Source: Hydrolagus colliei | Taxonomy: Eukaryota | Assembly: GCA_035084275.1 (NCBI GenBank) | Contig: JAYJKW010000399.1 | Span: 1,550,001-1,614,000 of the forward strand | DNA: 64,000 nucleotides | Direction: 5' to 3' | In this document: positions 13,561 to 26,085 of the stretch, in pieces | Numbering within the stretch: the stretch's first letter is position 1 | How the letters are laid out: every line of letters begins with the position of its first letter | Program-made: the position numbers and the translations under genes | Notes under the pieces: generated by a model | Database searches by the model: none | The model's input: the letters and a program-made list of their open reading frames with translations, nothing else | What the model was told of the DNA's origin: nothing

Positions 13561-15171
13561 CCCACGTCCTTGCCAATCGCTCCACATCCCAAATAGGTCT
13601 GATTTCAATCCCATCCTCGCCTTCATATTCATTCAAGACTTGCGCCTTCCTGACATAAGTGGTACTTGGCAGACCAAGATATGACAAGGCAGATCAACAT
13701 GGCTTTACAAAGGAGAATCGAAGCTTGGCAAAGGCTGACAGCCATTTATTAACCTTTCGACGATATTGACTCAGCATAATATGGTCTATTCCATGTCCAC
13801 CTCCCAGATCGTCGATGAGACCGTCAGGCTTTTGGACCTCAAAATGTGGATGTCTATTCCATTAGTCTCATTTTCACTCTAGCCACCTTCACCTAACTTC
13901 TCAATACAGTACTGTTCAATTGTTCCTTTGGCTGCTTTTCAATGCTTCCAGCCCCCCACCGTCTATTATCCAATACACGGCATCTAACTTCCCGCTAGCC
14001 ATGGTCATGAGTACTGACAGCGTTGATGGGAATTGGAATGCACTTAGTTACTGCTTATATTCGAAGTATCTTCGAATATGTAACGAAAGATTATTTCGCC
14101 CAAATATGTACAGTCGGCTTTCCTGCTCTCCTTCCCGCTGCTCCGACCCATCACCTTGCCATATTTTCCCCACATTGGGAGGGGTATGAGTTGGAGGAGA
14201 GCTTGGAGGAGAGATAGATGAGGTGAATTTTGAGATATACATTTGATGTTTGAACAAAGGAGGGAACGATGGCCGAAGAGAAGGTTGATAGGTCAGGAGG
14301 GGCCAGGCCGTTAGGAGCTGCACTTACACCGTGGCGATTCGGTTGTGAGGTATGATGGAAGGTGTAGACGCCTGGTGTGGTTTCTCTCTGGTGCAAAGGT
14401 GGCGCCTGGAGCGACCCACGTTTTCCTGAGGAGGAAAAGGTTGATGTTTTCATCACAAAAAGGTCTTGGCTGTTGCGCGTTTTCTTACAGAAGGAGTGAA
14501 CATATTGTAGGGTGAACCAGATGGGACAGTTGGTGCGGAAATGTTAAACACTTACTACAAAAACAGCAAAATTATATTGATAGAGTACAGTTGACCTCTA
14601 TAGAGCGCCTTTCATGTCGGGTGTAGGTCGCAGGAATGCAGGAGACGGTAACGTTGGATAACTAACGGTAGAGATAGTGTTGTAGCGAAAGATCAGATCG
14701 ATGAGATCCTGGTGCACCAACCAATCAGGATGTGAGATGCCCTGGCAACTCATTCATTGTAACCTTGATCCCGGCGAAATATTCACCTTCACCCTTTACC
14801 TCTGGTCGTCTGGCTCCAGCCTCCTGCTCATATACCCTGTGCCATCCATTCATTCTGTTGAGCAGCCAGTAAACCCAGCGGCTCTGAAATTCACTGACTC
14901 ATTCATTCCGATTTGGCCCTTCACTGAAATCCCACCCAAAAAGGTACCCTTTCGTTCATGTTTATATTCACCTCCCAGTGGCTCGTTGTCAGTCTCCTCT
15001 ATTAACAAGCGATCCGGGACACTACCCCATGTTTACTGTGTAAATCAAAACTACTGTAGAGCCCGCATAAAACGCTGGATTAATTCTCCTTTTTCAACAT
15101 TGAACATACTAATAATAATAATCTTTGTATTTAATATACAGATTTTCACGTATTCTAGATGTGGATTCCTT

Positions 15172-15410
15172 TAACTCAGTGGGTTAGAGCACTAGTCTTG
15201 CAACCACTATTCTTGTGTTTCCAATTTAGCCTGGTCAGGGAGAATCCTTGGGCAAGTTTCCTTTCTCCACACGATGATAATAATACGATCAAAAAAAGGA
15301 TAATTGATCGGTCATTTGAAATCCGGACTGTTTGAGGGGACATTGCTCTTTGCTACTGGCTGCCGCATTTAGCCTACAAATATACAGTCAATTGCAGTAT
15401 AATCTGTGAA
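15172..15410 (+). mobile_element. tRNA-derived Deu-domain SINE, degenerate
   Basis: Head 'ctcagtgggttagagcactagtcttgcaa', then 'gggcaagtttcc' and a Deu-like 'gggacattgct...ctggctgccgcattt' segment. Confidence 0.7.
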
Positions 15411-15980
15411 TCAAAAACAAAGACAACACAAACAACTTCGATTTATATACTGCCATTCGCGCCGGACGACGTCTGAGACCGCTTCACAATAACAGATCTC
15501 GGGACCGAGCCAGAGGCAGCGGTAGATACGTGAGAAAAGGCGGGATCGAAGAGAAAACACTTCTGACGCTGAGAAAAGAGATGTCGAGGCGAAGGTAGTG
15601 AGGAAGCGAATTGCAAAGCCTCGAGGCATAGTGGCTGGAGGCAGGTCACCGACGGTGGAGCGGAGGATTCGTGGGACATGGAGGAGGCCAAAAACAATGG
15701 AGTGAAGGAAAGTGGAGCTGGTGAGGATGCAGGAGTTTGGAGATTTAGGGTGTTGCATAGGAGTGAAATTATTTGAATACAATATTGAGGTTCTTGAAGG
15801 AAGTCGATCCTCTCTTGGAGAAGTAGCCAGTGAAGTCTGGCAAGGACTGTGGTAATTGCGGAGCGAAGCTTGATGCGGGTGAGAATGTGGGTGGCAGAGT
15901 TCTGAATGAGCTGCATTCTGTAGATTGTGGAGGAGGGGAGCCCGGCGAGGAGGGCATTGCAAAAGGGGAATTTTAATCAT
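15411..15980 (-). mobile_element. L2 LINE 3' fragment
   Basis: The minus-strand ORF reads QLIQNSATHILTRIKLRSAITTVLARLHWL, the typical L2 RT C-terminus. The L2 3' tail is at the left end. Confidence 0.88.
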
Positions 15981-16920
15981 TTTGAGACACAGTCTAGAAG
16001 ATGTTAAAACGCAATATCGAATGCCATCCCTAAGGGTTAGTATTATTACGTCTCAAATCGCTTCACATAATATACTGTAAATTTAATATTCTGTATTTGG
16101 GGGCTGTGTACTAAATCCCTCAATATATTTCACAGGCTCCACTCTGTTAGCCGCCGGCCTGAATAGCACTGTGTCAATGCTTGTTGTTGTGTTAAAGTGG
16201 ACCTGCTCGCCATTGATGGGAAGTTACGAAATTACCCGGACAGTGTTATAGAAACCCCGGATTATTTTGAAGCCTGAGCTGTGTTACATGCGGATTATCA
16301 CGCTTTAACTGTGTTAAACATTTCAGACCAGCGACGATGAAGTGCTGTGTTAAGCCATCACATGTAACAGCTAAAAGGTCAGTCTGGGAGAAACATAGAA
16401 TGCTTCCTCACAGAAAGCTGTGAGGATCATTGTATCTCTGCTTAATGTATCTCTGTTGAACGTTTTTGAGTCCGGTACCTCAGTGTTGACAGACATTGAT
16501 ACAACAACCATGGGACACAAAATATTTGTTTTCTGAAGAGGATATCAATCAATCAAAACCAAAATATACCTATCTATCTATATATATGTATATATATATT
16601 TGTACCTTCTGCTCTCTGGGGAAAACTGTTGGATGGTCACAAAGCTTTGTGCATCCAAACGTGACGTGGATACTTGTATTCATGAACATGATTCGAATGA
16701 TTTGAAGCGAACCTGCTCAACCATGCGGCTGTCATGATTTAGGTTCGGACAAGAGTCCAAGACCCCATGGTGGATCAGTTAGGGGATGGATCGGTATTAC
16801 CCACTAACTCGGGAGCGATTCCTCCTCCGCTCTTATGTTATTGCTATCAGTGTTCTTTAGTCAGAGCTGAATGATATTCTTCTCACAATTGTTTTCAAAA
16901 AAAAATATCTCTCTTTTTTT

Positions 16921-17786
16921 GTTAATGTTCTGGCAATTGTAATCCTTTCTCAGGGAAGGTGTGGCCTCTCCAAAGTCGTAACTCTGTATATGGAGGCCAT
17001 GGCCGTGTCAGATCTTATGGTTATTATCATCGATGTGATACTGAACCAAATCAACAACATGTATTTCCCATTCAGCTTCTTGTCGTACACCCAAGTGTGC
17101 AGATTGAGAATCGCTCTGCTGGTCTCTGCCATTCTATGTTCTATATGGCTAACAGTTGCCTTCATATTGGATCGATATGTCGCCATTTGTTGTCAGAAAT
17201 TAAAGTACAGATATTGCTCTGTAAAAACGGCAACTTTAGTAATTACAATATTGTGTGTGCTCAGCTGTGTGCAATGTATTCCAATTTAGTTTTCTTATAT
17301 TCCCCTTGTCATAGACAATATACCAATGTTTTCATTCTAAAACCCATTTTTCACACTTCTTCGTACTGGAAATTGCACAAATTTTTGATCCGTGTACTCA
17401 TTCCTGTAATAGTCTCCATTCTTATTACCCTCGTCAGTGCCCTGACTGTCAGGCAAATCATAGTGGCCAGCAGAGCCCGCAGGAGAATCCGGGGTGACAG
17501 CAGCGGGAATAATCAGAACGATCCCGAGATGGAGAAACGGTGAAAATCCATCATTTTGCTCTTCGCTATATCCGGCAGTTTTGTACTTTTGTGGACGACA
17601 AGTGTTGTGCATTCTTTCAAATGGTCACTTGTAAACTACCAATATAATCCCAAAGGCATTAGCACTACGTGCATCGTCCAACAAACTGGATACATGTTTC
17701 AGCTACTGAGCTCCTGTACGAACTCTTGTATCTATGTGTTGACTCAGAGCAAATTTAGAGAAGAGATCAATAAGATTCTAAAATGA
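16921..17786 (+). pseudogene. GPR139/142-like GPCR pseudogene (exon 2 paralog of the 6413-9431 gene)
   Basis: VNVLAIVILSQGRCGLSK...LDRYVAICCQ...CTNSCIY...KFREE is collinear with the intact gene. Lesions: TAG at 17287-17289, a 1-nt deletion near 17332, TGA at 17541-17543, and no AG acceptor before 16922 (ttttttt-g|ttaat). Confidence 0.92.
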
Positions 17787-18749
17787 CTGTTTGCTAATTA
17801 AAGTATAATAATTGAGAAAGTTTGATTGTAATTGATTTCCACACCACCAGTATCAGTTGCTGTTGCGTTAATTTCATCCAGTTCCCAACTGTCTACCAGA
17901 GAATGGAAACCATGTCATGTTGCCATCATGTGGCTTTTACATCATTTGAGATTGACAATGATGACAAACGTTATCAATTAAAACTCTCCGAACATGTGCG
18001 ACAGCTTGGCGTCAGGCTCTACCCTCCCCACTCTCCTTCCTCCCCCACATCCAGTCCCTCACCAGCACCGCCTTCTTCCATCTCTGACGGATCGCCCGTC
18101 TCCGGCAATAATTCACACCAAAATATTAAGCATTTCACGCCACCACTGTTTTTGTCGACGCTGCTGTTGGCAATTGGCTGCTGCATATCGTCCACAAATA
18201 TGCAATCAATTCATTCAACAGGATAATTTGTGAAGCGATTTGAAGCGTCGATGAATATGAAAAGCCGCTATATCAAACACAAGCTTTATTAATATTATTA
18301 CTGTAATGAAGATTATTTGAAGCAGACCAACATCAAATGACTCACTGCCCACAGAGCATAGGATTTCACAGACAGCCAACCATTGTAAATATACATCACC
18401 CTCCACGCAGGGCAGCGACTCAGAGCGCATAGCATATGCAGATAAATATAAAATCAATTTAAATCTTTCTACAACACAAGCTAGTCGGTGTTAACTAAGA
18501 TTTTAAATGACAAACAAACACTAATTGCTTTGCCAGATTTTCTGCTTCCATCTTTTGAGACGCATCAAACTTCGCTCCCCCATTACCCCAGTCATTGCGA
18601 AACAACGTTAAGCGAATACATCCCCCAATAAGAAAGAATGTAGAAACTGGAGATAGATTCTTTTTTTGGGTACATACTTGGTTAAAAATAACTTTTCAAA
18701 AACACTCAAAATACTCGCATTCTGACTGTCTTTCCAGCTCGTACAACGA

Positions 18750-18820
18750 ATCACTCACTCACTCACTCACTCACTCACTCACTCACTCACTCACTCACTC
18801 ACTCACTCACTCACTCACTC
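18750..18820. repeat. (CACT)n microsatellite
   Basis: Long perfect tandem CACT run. Confidence 0.95.
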
Positions 18821-19152
18821 GTAATGTTGATTACGTTGATCAGTTGGCCTACTTTTACGGTGCAGCTTGTACAACCGTGAGTAAATAGGTATCGCTGGTA
18901 AGAGTTTCACTGCTGTGCTGACAACATCCTTAGCTTTGTTATTACAACATTGCAGTCTCATGTTCAGAACGGAATGATTATTAATCTAAAAATAGAAACA
19001 TCTGTCTGCAAATTAATCCTGCACAAATTGTTAGTACCAATTACAAGCACTATTACCGGTACTTACATTTAGTATCGTATGATGGTCTGATGGTCATACA
19101 TATTATCAGTTGCATTAACGCACAAAATAATTCTCAAAATATAACAATATGT

Positions 19153-19740
19153 ATTACAACAACAACAAAACTTACATTTATATAGCGCCTTTCACGTCGA
19201 GAGGACATCCCAAGGCGCTGTACAGTCAGGTAGGACAAGAGCCGGGTGAGAAGGATCAGGGCAGGATGAAGAATAGTAGGAAAAGTAACTGTATTAGTGG
19301 GCGAAACGCGGCAGCCAAATTGCGCAGAGCAGTGTCCCATAATCAGTCACGGAAGTGAGACAAGGGGCAAAGGGGGGTAAAGAAGCAAAAGGGGAGGGGT
19401 TGAGGCAGGGGGAAGAAAAGCAGGAAAGTCGACTGTATATTTGTGGGCGAAACGTGGCAGCCAAATTGCGCACAGCAGTGTCCCCACAAACAATCGCGAA
19501 AATGGGGCCAGGGGAGAAAGGGGGAAAAGAGGGTAAGGGGGGGAGAGGGAGGGAAAGATGGGATGGGTTAGGGTTAGGGAGGAAGCGCGGGTAGAAAGGG
19601 GGGTAAGGAAGAGAGGGAGGGAAAGATGGGTGGGGGCAAGATCAGGAAGAGGGAGGGAAGGGGAAAAGGGAGGAGAGAATGGAGTGAGGGAAGAAGAAGA
19701 GTGAGGGAGTGAGGGAAGAAGAAGATGGGGGCAGGGGTGG
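19153..19740 (-). mobile_element. Non-autonomous element with two tandem Deu-like boxes, pyrimidine tracts and an L2-type tail
   Basis: Two 'gggacactgct.tgcgcaatttggctgcc.cgtttcgcccac' boxes on the minus strand (about 19290-19335 and 19440-19495). Collinear with the element at 27290-27760. Confidence 0.75.
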
Positions 19741-20097
19741 GGGGAATCAAACAACAATAATAAACAATCATGAACAACAAAAGCAATAATATTAACAACA
19801 AAAACAGCAACAAACAATAACCAACAATCGTCCAACAATCGTCCAGCAACCACTCCCTGTCCTCGCCGCCCGCCCGGACAATCCCTGAGATGGCGGGGAA
19901 AAAAGGGCGCGGAAAAAAGGGCCCAGTGTGGTGTCAGGCCCCAAAACTGACCGGCTCCTCAGTCGGTGAACCCGGGGACTCTGTGATGGCCCTGGCACCT
20001 CGGACACGGTATGTCTGGCCGGCTCCCACAGCAGCAGCAGCAGCAGCCCGATCGCCGTCTGGATCTCCGCGACGAGAAGATCCGTCGCTTGCAGCAC

Positions 20098-20235
20098 CTG
20101 GGCGCTCTCCCCCTCGCGGAAGACGTGCGCCACCCGCTGCCTGAGGAAAGTGCCGAGGTCGCGGCCTACCCAGGTCCTGTCGAGGGGCCACTCTTCGCAC
20201 AGCCGGAGGAAGCGCCGACGGCGAGTGGCCGCCAT
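20098..20235 (-). CDS. UQCC2: UQCC2 (MNF1) exon 1, 46 codons; isolated, possibly a pseudogenic fragment
   Basis: [46 protein letters not shown] matches the recalled vertebrate UQCC2 N-terminus ([46 protein letters not shown]). Similarity stops at CAG|GTGCTG, a weak donor. It lies in a CpG island (about 19850-20420). Downstream exons were not found. Confidence 0.88.
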
Positions 20236-20805
20236 TCCCTCCGTGATCCTCCCCGTCGTCCAAAAAGATGGTATTCGTTGGCCGACTGCCCATAGAGGAA
20301 GAACCGGCAGCGATGGAAGCCGCTCCAGCTGGTGGGCTGAGCGGTGCACAGCGTGAAAGCTCTGTCCCCGCGATCGTTCCAGCCCGAAGATCTCTAGCCT
20401 CGGGAGTGGGTGGTCCGTTTGAAAAAAATATCACTATATATCCAATATCACTATTAGATAAAATATTAGATTAAATAGATGATATAAAATATAAAATATC
20501 ATCTATCGCCAGGCGAGGTGGAGAGAGTGCAGGATAGTACCTGCACTCTCTCCACCTCACCACCAACAACAGATCGTTTTGGCGGATTGCTTCCTGGGAG
20601 AAGTTATACCTACACATTTCAGATAATAATAACAATTTGGAAAATCATTGCACGACCGATTCTGGGCAACATTTGTGCACTATTCGATTTGCATTATGCA
20701 GTGTATGATACAATTTAGTTTGTCTCCAAGACGCGAGATGCTGCTGTATTGTATTATCAGTGTTGCTATTATTCTACTGAACCGTACTGTATGTCTTTTT
20801 TCCAG

Positions 20806-21035
20806 TAATTTTGTTTGGAGGCACTATGACACTCCAGTCAACTGTGACAGTGAATGAAGGGGACGATGTGTATCTGCAGTGTAATTATACATTTGGAAGC
20901 TGCTGCACTCTGTATCTGTTCTGGTAGCGTCACTATCCCAACAAAGCTCGAGGGTACATCCCTAGCCGTCTCTCCAGGAACAGCAAACCGGACCTTGCAG
21001 AATTTGATAAAGAATGGTTATCAACAAAAGTCGTT
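20806..21035 (+). pseudogene. TCR alpha/delta-type V pseudogene V1 (3'-truncated)
   Basis: After TTCCAG the frame reads LQSTVTVNEGDDVYLQCNYTF...LFW*RHYPNKA, with TAG at 20925-20927. It is a paralog of V2. The YYC motif and RSS are missing, and a CR1 begins about 35 nt later. Confidence 0.85.
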
Positions 21036-21069
21036 ACAATGGGGAAATGAGCAATAAACCACATACAAA

Positions 21070-22579
21070 TTGAGAGTTCCAAACTCCACTCTGGCCACGA
21101 TCTTTCAATCTTCCTTGGACACGGGGGTCGTGCCAGGGGACTGGAGGATAGCTAATGTTACTCCCTTGTATAAAAAGGGGCAGAAGGACAAGCCTGGTAA
21201 CTACAGACCAGTCAGTCTAACGTCGGTAGTGGGCAAACTTCTAGAGTCCATAATCAGGGACAAGGTAGATCTTCACTTAGAAAGATATATGCTAATAAAG
21301 GACAGTCAACATGGATTTGTTAAAGGCAAATCTTGCCTTACAAATCTGATGGAATTTTTTGATGAGGTAACGGAATGGGTGAATAATGGTAGCGCAGTTG
21401 ATGTAGTTTACATGGACTTTCAAAAGGCATTTGACAAAGTGCCACATGAGAGACTTATTATGAAATTAAAGGCCCATGGCGTAAAAGGGACAGTGGCAGC
21501 GTAGATCCACAACTGGCTGCGAGACAGAAAGGAGAGAGTTGTAGTGAGCGGCTGTTTTTCAGATTGGAGGGAAGTGAGCAGTGGTGTGCCACAGGGATCA
21601 GTTTGGGGACCATTGCTGTTTGTAATCTACATCAATGATCTGGACTTAGGTGTGCGGAGTACAGTTTCCAAGTTTGCAGATGACACTAAGTTAGGGAGAA
21701 TAGTAAACAGTGAGGAGGATAGTAGTCATCTGCAAGAGGATATAGACAAATTGGTAAAGTGGGCAGACACATGGCAGATGAAGTTTAATGCAGAGAAGTG
21801 TGAGGTGATGCATTTTGGGAGAAGAAATGAAGGGAGGCTAGATAGTACAATTTTAAATGGTGTAAAGGAACAGAGAGACCTGGGGATTTGTGTTAGTGAC
21901 TCGTTCAAGGTGGCAGGACAGGTAGACAAGGCTGTTAAGAAGGCATATGGGATACTAGGCTTTATAAATAGGGGTATAGAGTACAAAAGTCAGGAAGTGC
22001 TGACTAACCTCTATAGGACTTTGGTGAGGCCTCAGCTGGAATACTGTGTTCAATTCTGGTCACCACGCTACAGAAAGGATGTGAAGGCATTGGAAAGGGT
22101 ACAACGAAGATTTACTAGGATGGTGCCAGGATTGAGGGACTTCAGCTATGAGGAGAGGCTAGATAGGCTAGGGTTATTCTCTCTGGAGCAGAGAAGATTG
22201 AGGGGAGACCTAATAGAGGTTTATAAGATCATGAGGGGTTTCGACAGGGCAAATAGAGAAAAACTATTTCCACTCGTGGGTGAATCTGTGACTCGTGGTC
22301 ACAGATTTAATATAGTTTCAAGGCCAAGTAGAGGGGAGCTAAGGAGAAATGTTTTCACTCAGCGAGTTGTTCGAATCTGGAATGCATTGCCTGAAAAGGT
22401 GGTGGAGGCTGATTCGATAACAACTTTTAAAAGGGAATTAGATCTTTATTTAGGGAGAACGGGTCTATTAGGCTATGAGGAGCGGGCAGGGCAGTGGGAT
22501 TGAATCGCTCTTTTCAAAGAGCCGGCACAGACTAGATGGGACGAATGGCCTCCTTTTGTGCTGTACAAATTCTATGATT
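21070..22579 (+). mobile_element. 5'-truncated CR1 LINE (RT domain plus 3' UTR)
   Basis: NYRPVSLTS, QHGF, GVPQGSV, KFADDTK and QLEYCVQFWSP motifs. In-frame TAG at 21502-21504. Ends in the CR1-type 'gaatggcctcct...ttctatgatt'. Confidence 0.96.
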
Positions 22580-22919
22580 TTAGTCTGGGGAATATTGCCA
22601 CGTACATTTCTTTGTTCTGTGTTTATTTACGAAGTAGGAAACATTAAAAATAAACGACAAATTATATTTATATTCTTCAGAGATAAATTCAGGTTTCGCT
22701 TCACAGGGAACATTGAAACACGAATTGTTTGTGGGAGAAACACGTGTCTGTCCTCCCACTTTTCCTAAATTGATAGTCTTCAAACCAAGGCACATGAAGT
22801 TCAATATCCGCTGGTTCAACTTTCCCTAAATATGTTGACATTAATCTATTCCACACGTCAGATCAGCTTCTGCCTTCTACCATCTGTAGACGTAGCTCTG
22901 TATGGCTGGGTGATTGGGG

Positions 22920-23360
22920 CTCCGTATGGCCGTGCTGTGTGTGGGCAGGGAGGGACTCTGTTACTTGGCACTCACAAGGACATCATTTGTTCGGGATAGT
23001 TTCTGCGTAGGTAGGGTGCTGTGTGTGCAGGGCAATTAATTATTAAGCGTGGAAGTGATAGGCTGGAGTGCCTCTATGTGGTCAGCTCAGTGACAGGGTA
23101 TTGGTGGCAATGTGTGCAGGCAGCGAATAAGGGCGGGTCACTCGGTGAACCTGACACTGAGTTGGTGGTGCTGTGGCGGTGTGGGCGGGAGCTGTGGCGT
23201 TTTTGGCGGGGTTTTGTGTTACAGACAGGCCAATGTGTGCGCTGGGCTGTGGCTGTGTGGGCGGGGCTCTGTGTGGGCGTGGTTGTGGCTGTGTGGGCGG
23301 GGCTCTCTGTGGGCGTCGCTATAGCGGTGTGGGCGGGGCTTTGTATCTGCGCGGTATAGT
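22920..23360. repeat. GC-rich degenerate minisatellite (GCTGTGTGGGCGGGGCT units)
   Basis: At least four near-identical gtgtgggcggg(g/a)gct units at 23175-23345, with more decayed copies upstream. Confidence 0.7.
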
Positions 23361-24045
23361 CACTGTGTGTCTCCACATTACTTCAGCATTCTCAATAAAC
23401 AGCCACAAGTTGGAGAGTGAATGTCAGTCACTGGATCACAATGCCCATGTGGTGGACGTGTGCTGTGCTCTCAGTAACTCTCAGCTTACTTGGCCATAAG
23501 TAATGCTTTTTTTAAAGAACTTCCTCTTTTAACCACTCTTTCAACCCAGTACATCAATCCAGAATCAAGTATATCATTCACTGCCTCCCAGACAACAATC
23601 TCCAAATACACAACCAACGTTCTCTCTGCAAACAGTGTCAATAAATACATATGACAATGTATACCCATGTCGTAGTAGCCATCGCTGCCTTGTTAGGTAA
23701 GCATTGTATGTGTATTTGTATACGAAAGTATTATCGAACGCCTATGTTTTATCGAAAAAGGTTCATAATAACACAGAAAGTGATTGACGAGTTGGAGTGT
23801 CCATTATTTCAGTGGTTAAAGCATTGGCTTCACAGCCGAGAGGATCATGCTGTATCTGACAATCCGAAAGGATTCACTGAAAGGACAGGGTGAAACATTA
23901 CACAAACCACATTTTGTTTTGCTTATTTTATTCTTTGAGTTGTTTGGAGACGTACCAACGATTTAATGAGGTGCCGTATGAAACTCAATAGCACGATTGG
24001 AATTGTTGCTGTTGTATTGAATCATAATATGTTTCTGGTTTTCAG

Positions 24046-24359
24046 GGCTTAGTGGAGGAGACTCTGTGACCCAGCTCCAATCTACTGTGACAGTGAATGA
24101 AGGAGAATATGTCAAACTGCTGTGCAATTATACAGCCACAAGCGGCGGCGATCCATATATATTCTGGTACCGTCACTTTCCCAACAAAGCTCCAAAATAT
24201 ATCCTTTACGTATACACCAGGAACAACAAGGGGAATCATGCAGAATTTGCACAAAAACGTTTCTCAACAAATTTTGATCAAGCGCGGCGAACCGTGCCAT
24301 TTGCATATATCCCAAGTGACAGTGACAGACTCTGCTGTGTACTACTGTGAGCGGAGCCA
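24046..24359 (+). pseudogene. TCR alpha/delta-type V segment V2, frameshifted
   Basis: Acceptor TTTCAG|GG, then GDSVTQLQSTVTVNEGEYVKLLCNY...IFWYRHFPNKAPKYIL...RFS. An extra T at 24300-24302 shifts the frame before HISQVTVTDSAVYYC. A leader-like stretch near 23910-23950 lacks an in-frame ATG. Confidence 0.92.
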
Positions 24360-24398
24360 CTCAGAGGCACAGATCAGTGGTCCTGCCTTACAAAATCC
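24360..24398 (+). other. Degenerate 23-RSS of V2
   Basis: CTCAGAG (heptamer with the CAC broken) + 23 nt + ACAAAATCC. Confidence 0.75.
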
Positions 24399-25019
24399 CA
24401 AATGCTGAGGCCTGCAGCTCAGTGGTTAGAGCATTCGCTTTGCAAGCGGGACCACCTGGGTTCCATTCATTGCAGAGCAAAACATTCTGTACTGTACACA
24501 AACATTCTTTATTTTACCCGCATGCCTCTGTTTGCCTCGCGGTAACTAGCAACCCGCTTGGATGTCGATTGGTGTATTAGTTGTTAGCGATAATCATCCC
24601 TTAATAGCATAATAATAACTGTTTGAGAATAAGACTACTCTATAACCAACAACAAACTAGTCATTCAATCCAATGGAAAACTGGTGAGCTGAATTGGCTA
24701 CCGTTTTTTCCACTCAATATATCGTGAATTGATTTACGATACATTCCATTCAGTATTTTCAGCTGTCTTGACTATTTGATCAACTGCAAGAATACCACAA
24801 TAATTATTGCTATATTCAATCATGTTATTGTCACTGAAAAACTTACAAACCTTTTCGTAGATGTGGAGTGCTAATCCATGTACGTGCTTTTCTGTGGTAA
24901 ATCAATATGTAGGAAAACTTAAAAATCAGAAAGCTTCGTTTATGTTGTTTAAATATAAATTAAGTCCTACAGTGTCAAATAAACTTTCCAGCAGTGAGTG
25001 GATGGAACACAGAACAACA

Positions 25020-26085
25020 ACAAAACGATTACATTTATATAAGGCCTTTCACATCAGGAGGACGTCATAAGGCGCTGGAAAGTTACTGCTTCCGACCCGA
25101 GCTGATGACAGTGATGGGAAGAGAAGGGGGATACGGAATTGTCGATGGTTCCATCGAAGTGGAGAGTCTTGAATCAAGTCTTGAAGGATGCTCTTGATGC
25201 GGCGATGCAGGGCATCATTTGAATGGAGTTCCAGCCGTTGAGGGCAGAGTCGCTGAAGCGGGTTCATGTTATAATTAAAGGTATGATATCAATCATTTGG
25301 TAGAGAAATCGAGAGACGGTTACTTGAAGTAAAATGTAGTTGAAATCTGGAACCGACATCCCAAAACGCTGTGGATACTGCATCGATTTCATTTTGAAAA
25401 CTGAGCGCCATCGATGTATGTAAGAAATGTAATTCAAGTAGAGATGAACTTCAGCCCCGGTGTAACAACAACAACAAAATTATATTTGTATTGCGTCTTT
25501 CACGTCACGCGGACGTCCCGATACGCTGGATACTCATACCGAGCTGGGGACCTGGGGTGGGGGAAGGGGGCGTGGGATGAGGGGTGGGGGAGTTTGGGAG
25601 TCGTTGTTTTGCGATGGGTCCATTGAAGAGGAGACCGTTGAGTTGAGACTTGAAGGAGGACAGGAATCAAGGGAAGCAGAGGGACTGCGGAATGGATGCT
25701 GAGGGATGTGTGACTGAAGCCTTGACCTTTCACCACGGGTTGGGCAGGTGGATCGGGAAACGTGGAGCAGGCGTGAGGCTGCTGATCGGGAGGGGGCAGG
25801 CATGTTTGTATGAGGTTACAAGTTCACTGATGTAGGGTGGGGCGAGGTTGTGGAGCGTTTTAATTGTGAGGACGAGGGTCTACAATTAGATACTCTGGAT
25901 GATGGGGAGAGAATGGAGTCGATCGAGGATGGGGCAAATAGGGTCACGGAGTTTTGAACTGTCCGCAGAATGCAAGAGAATCTCCCAACTGTCTGCGGGG
26001 GGTTGGGGGTCAATGGACATTTCCTGTTCCCATAAAGCCCATTTCCTGCAGGGCAGTGTATTACACTGAACAGCAGTGACATAGC
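25020..26085 (-). mobile_element. Cluster of degenerate L2 fragments and tails
   Basis: Recurrent 'acaacaacaaaa..tatat..gcg.ctttcac' tails, plus L2 RT C-terminal remnants on the minus strand. Confidence 0.65.

Noticed and set aside
19792-20097. Continuation of the 185-aa minus ORF beyond the UQCC2 match
   Set aside because: Similarity stops at Q46. The rest is GC-rich intron read-through, and the overlapping ORFs in several frames are CpG-island artefacts.
22850-22930. ISFCLLPSVDVALYGW as the displaced 3' end of V1
   Set aside because: No YYC, no RSS, and no convincing nucleotide match to the V2 3' end.
23330-23370. GGCTTTGT...CACTGTG resembling a D/J-side RSS
   Set aside because: The spacer is 16 nt (not 12 or 23), and no J (FGxG) or reverse-strand V end follows. 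It lies at the end of a GC minisatellite.
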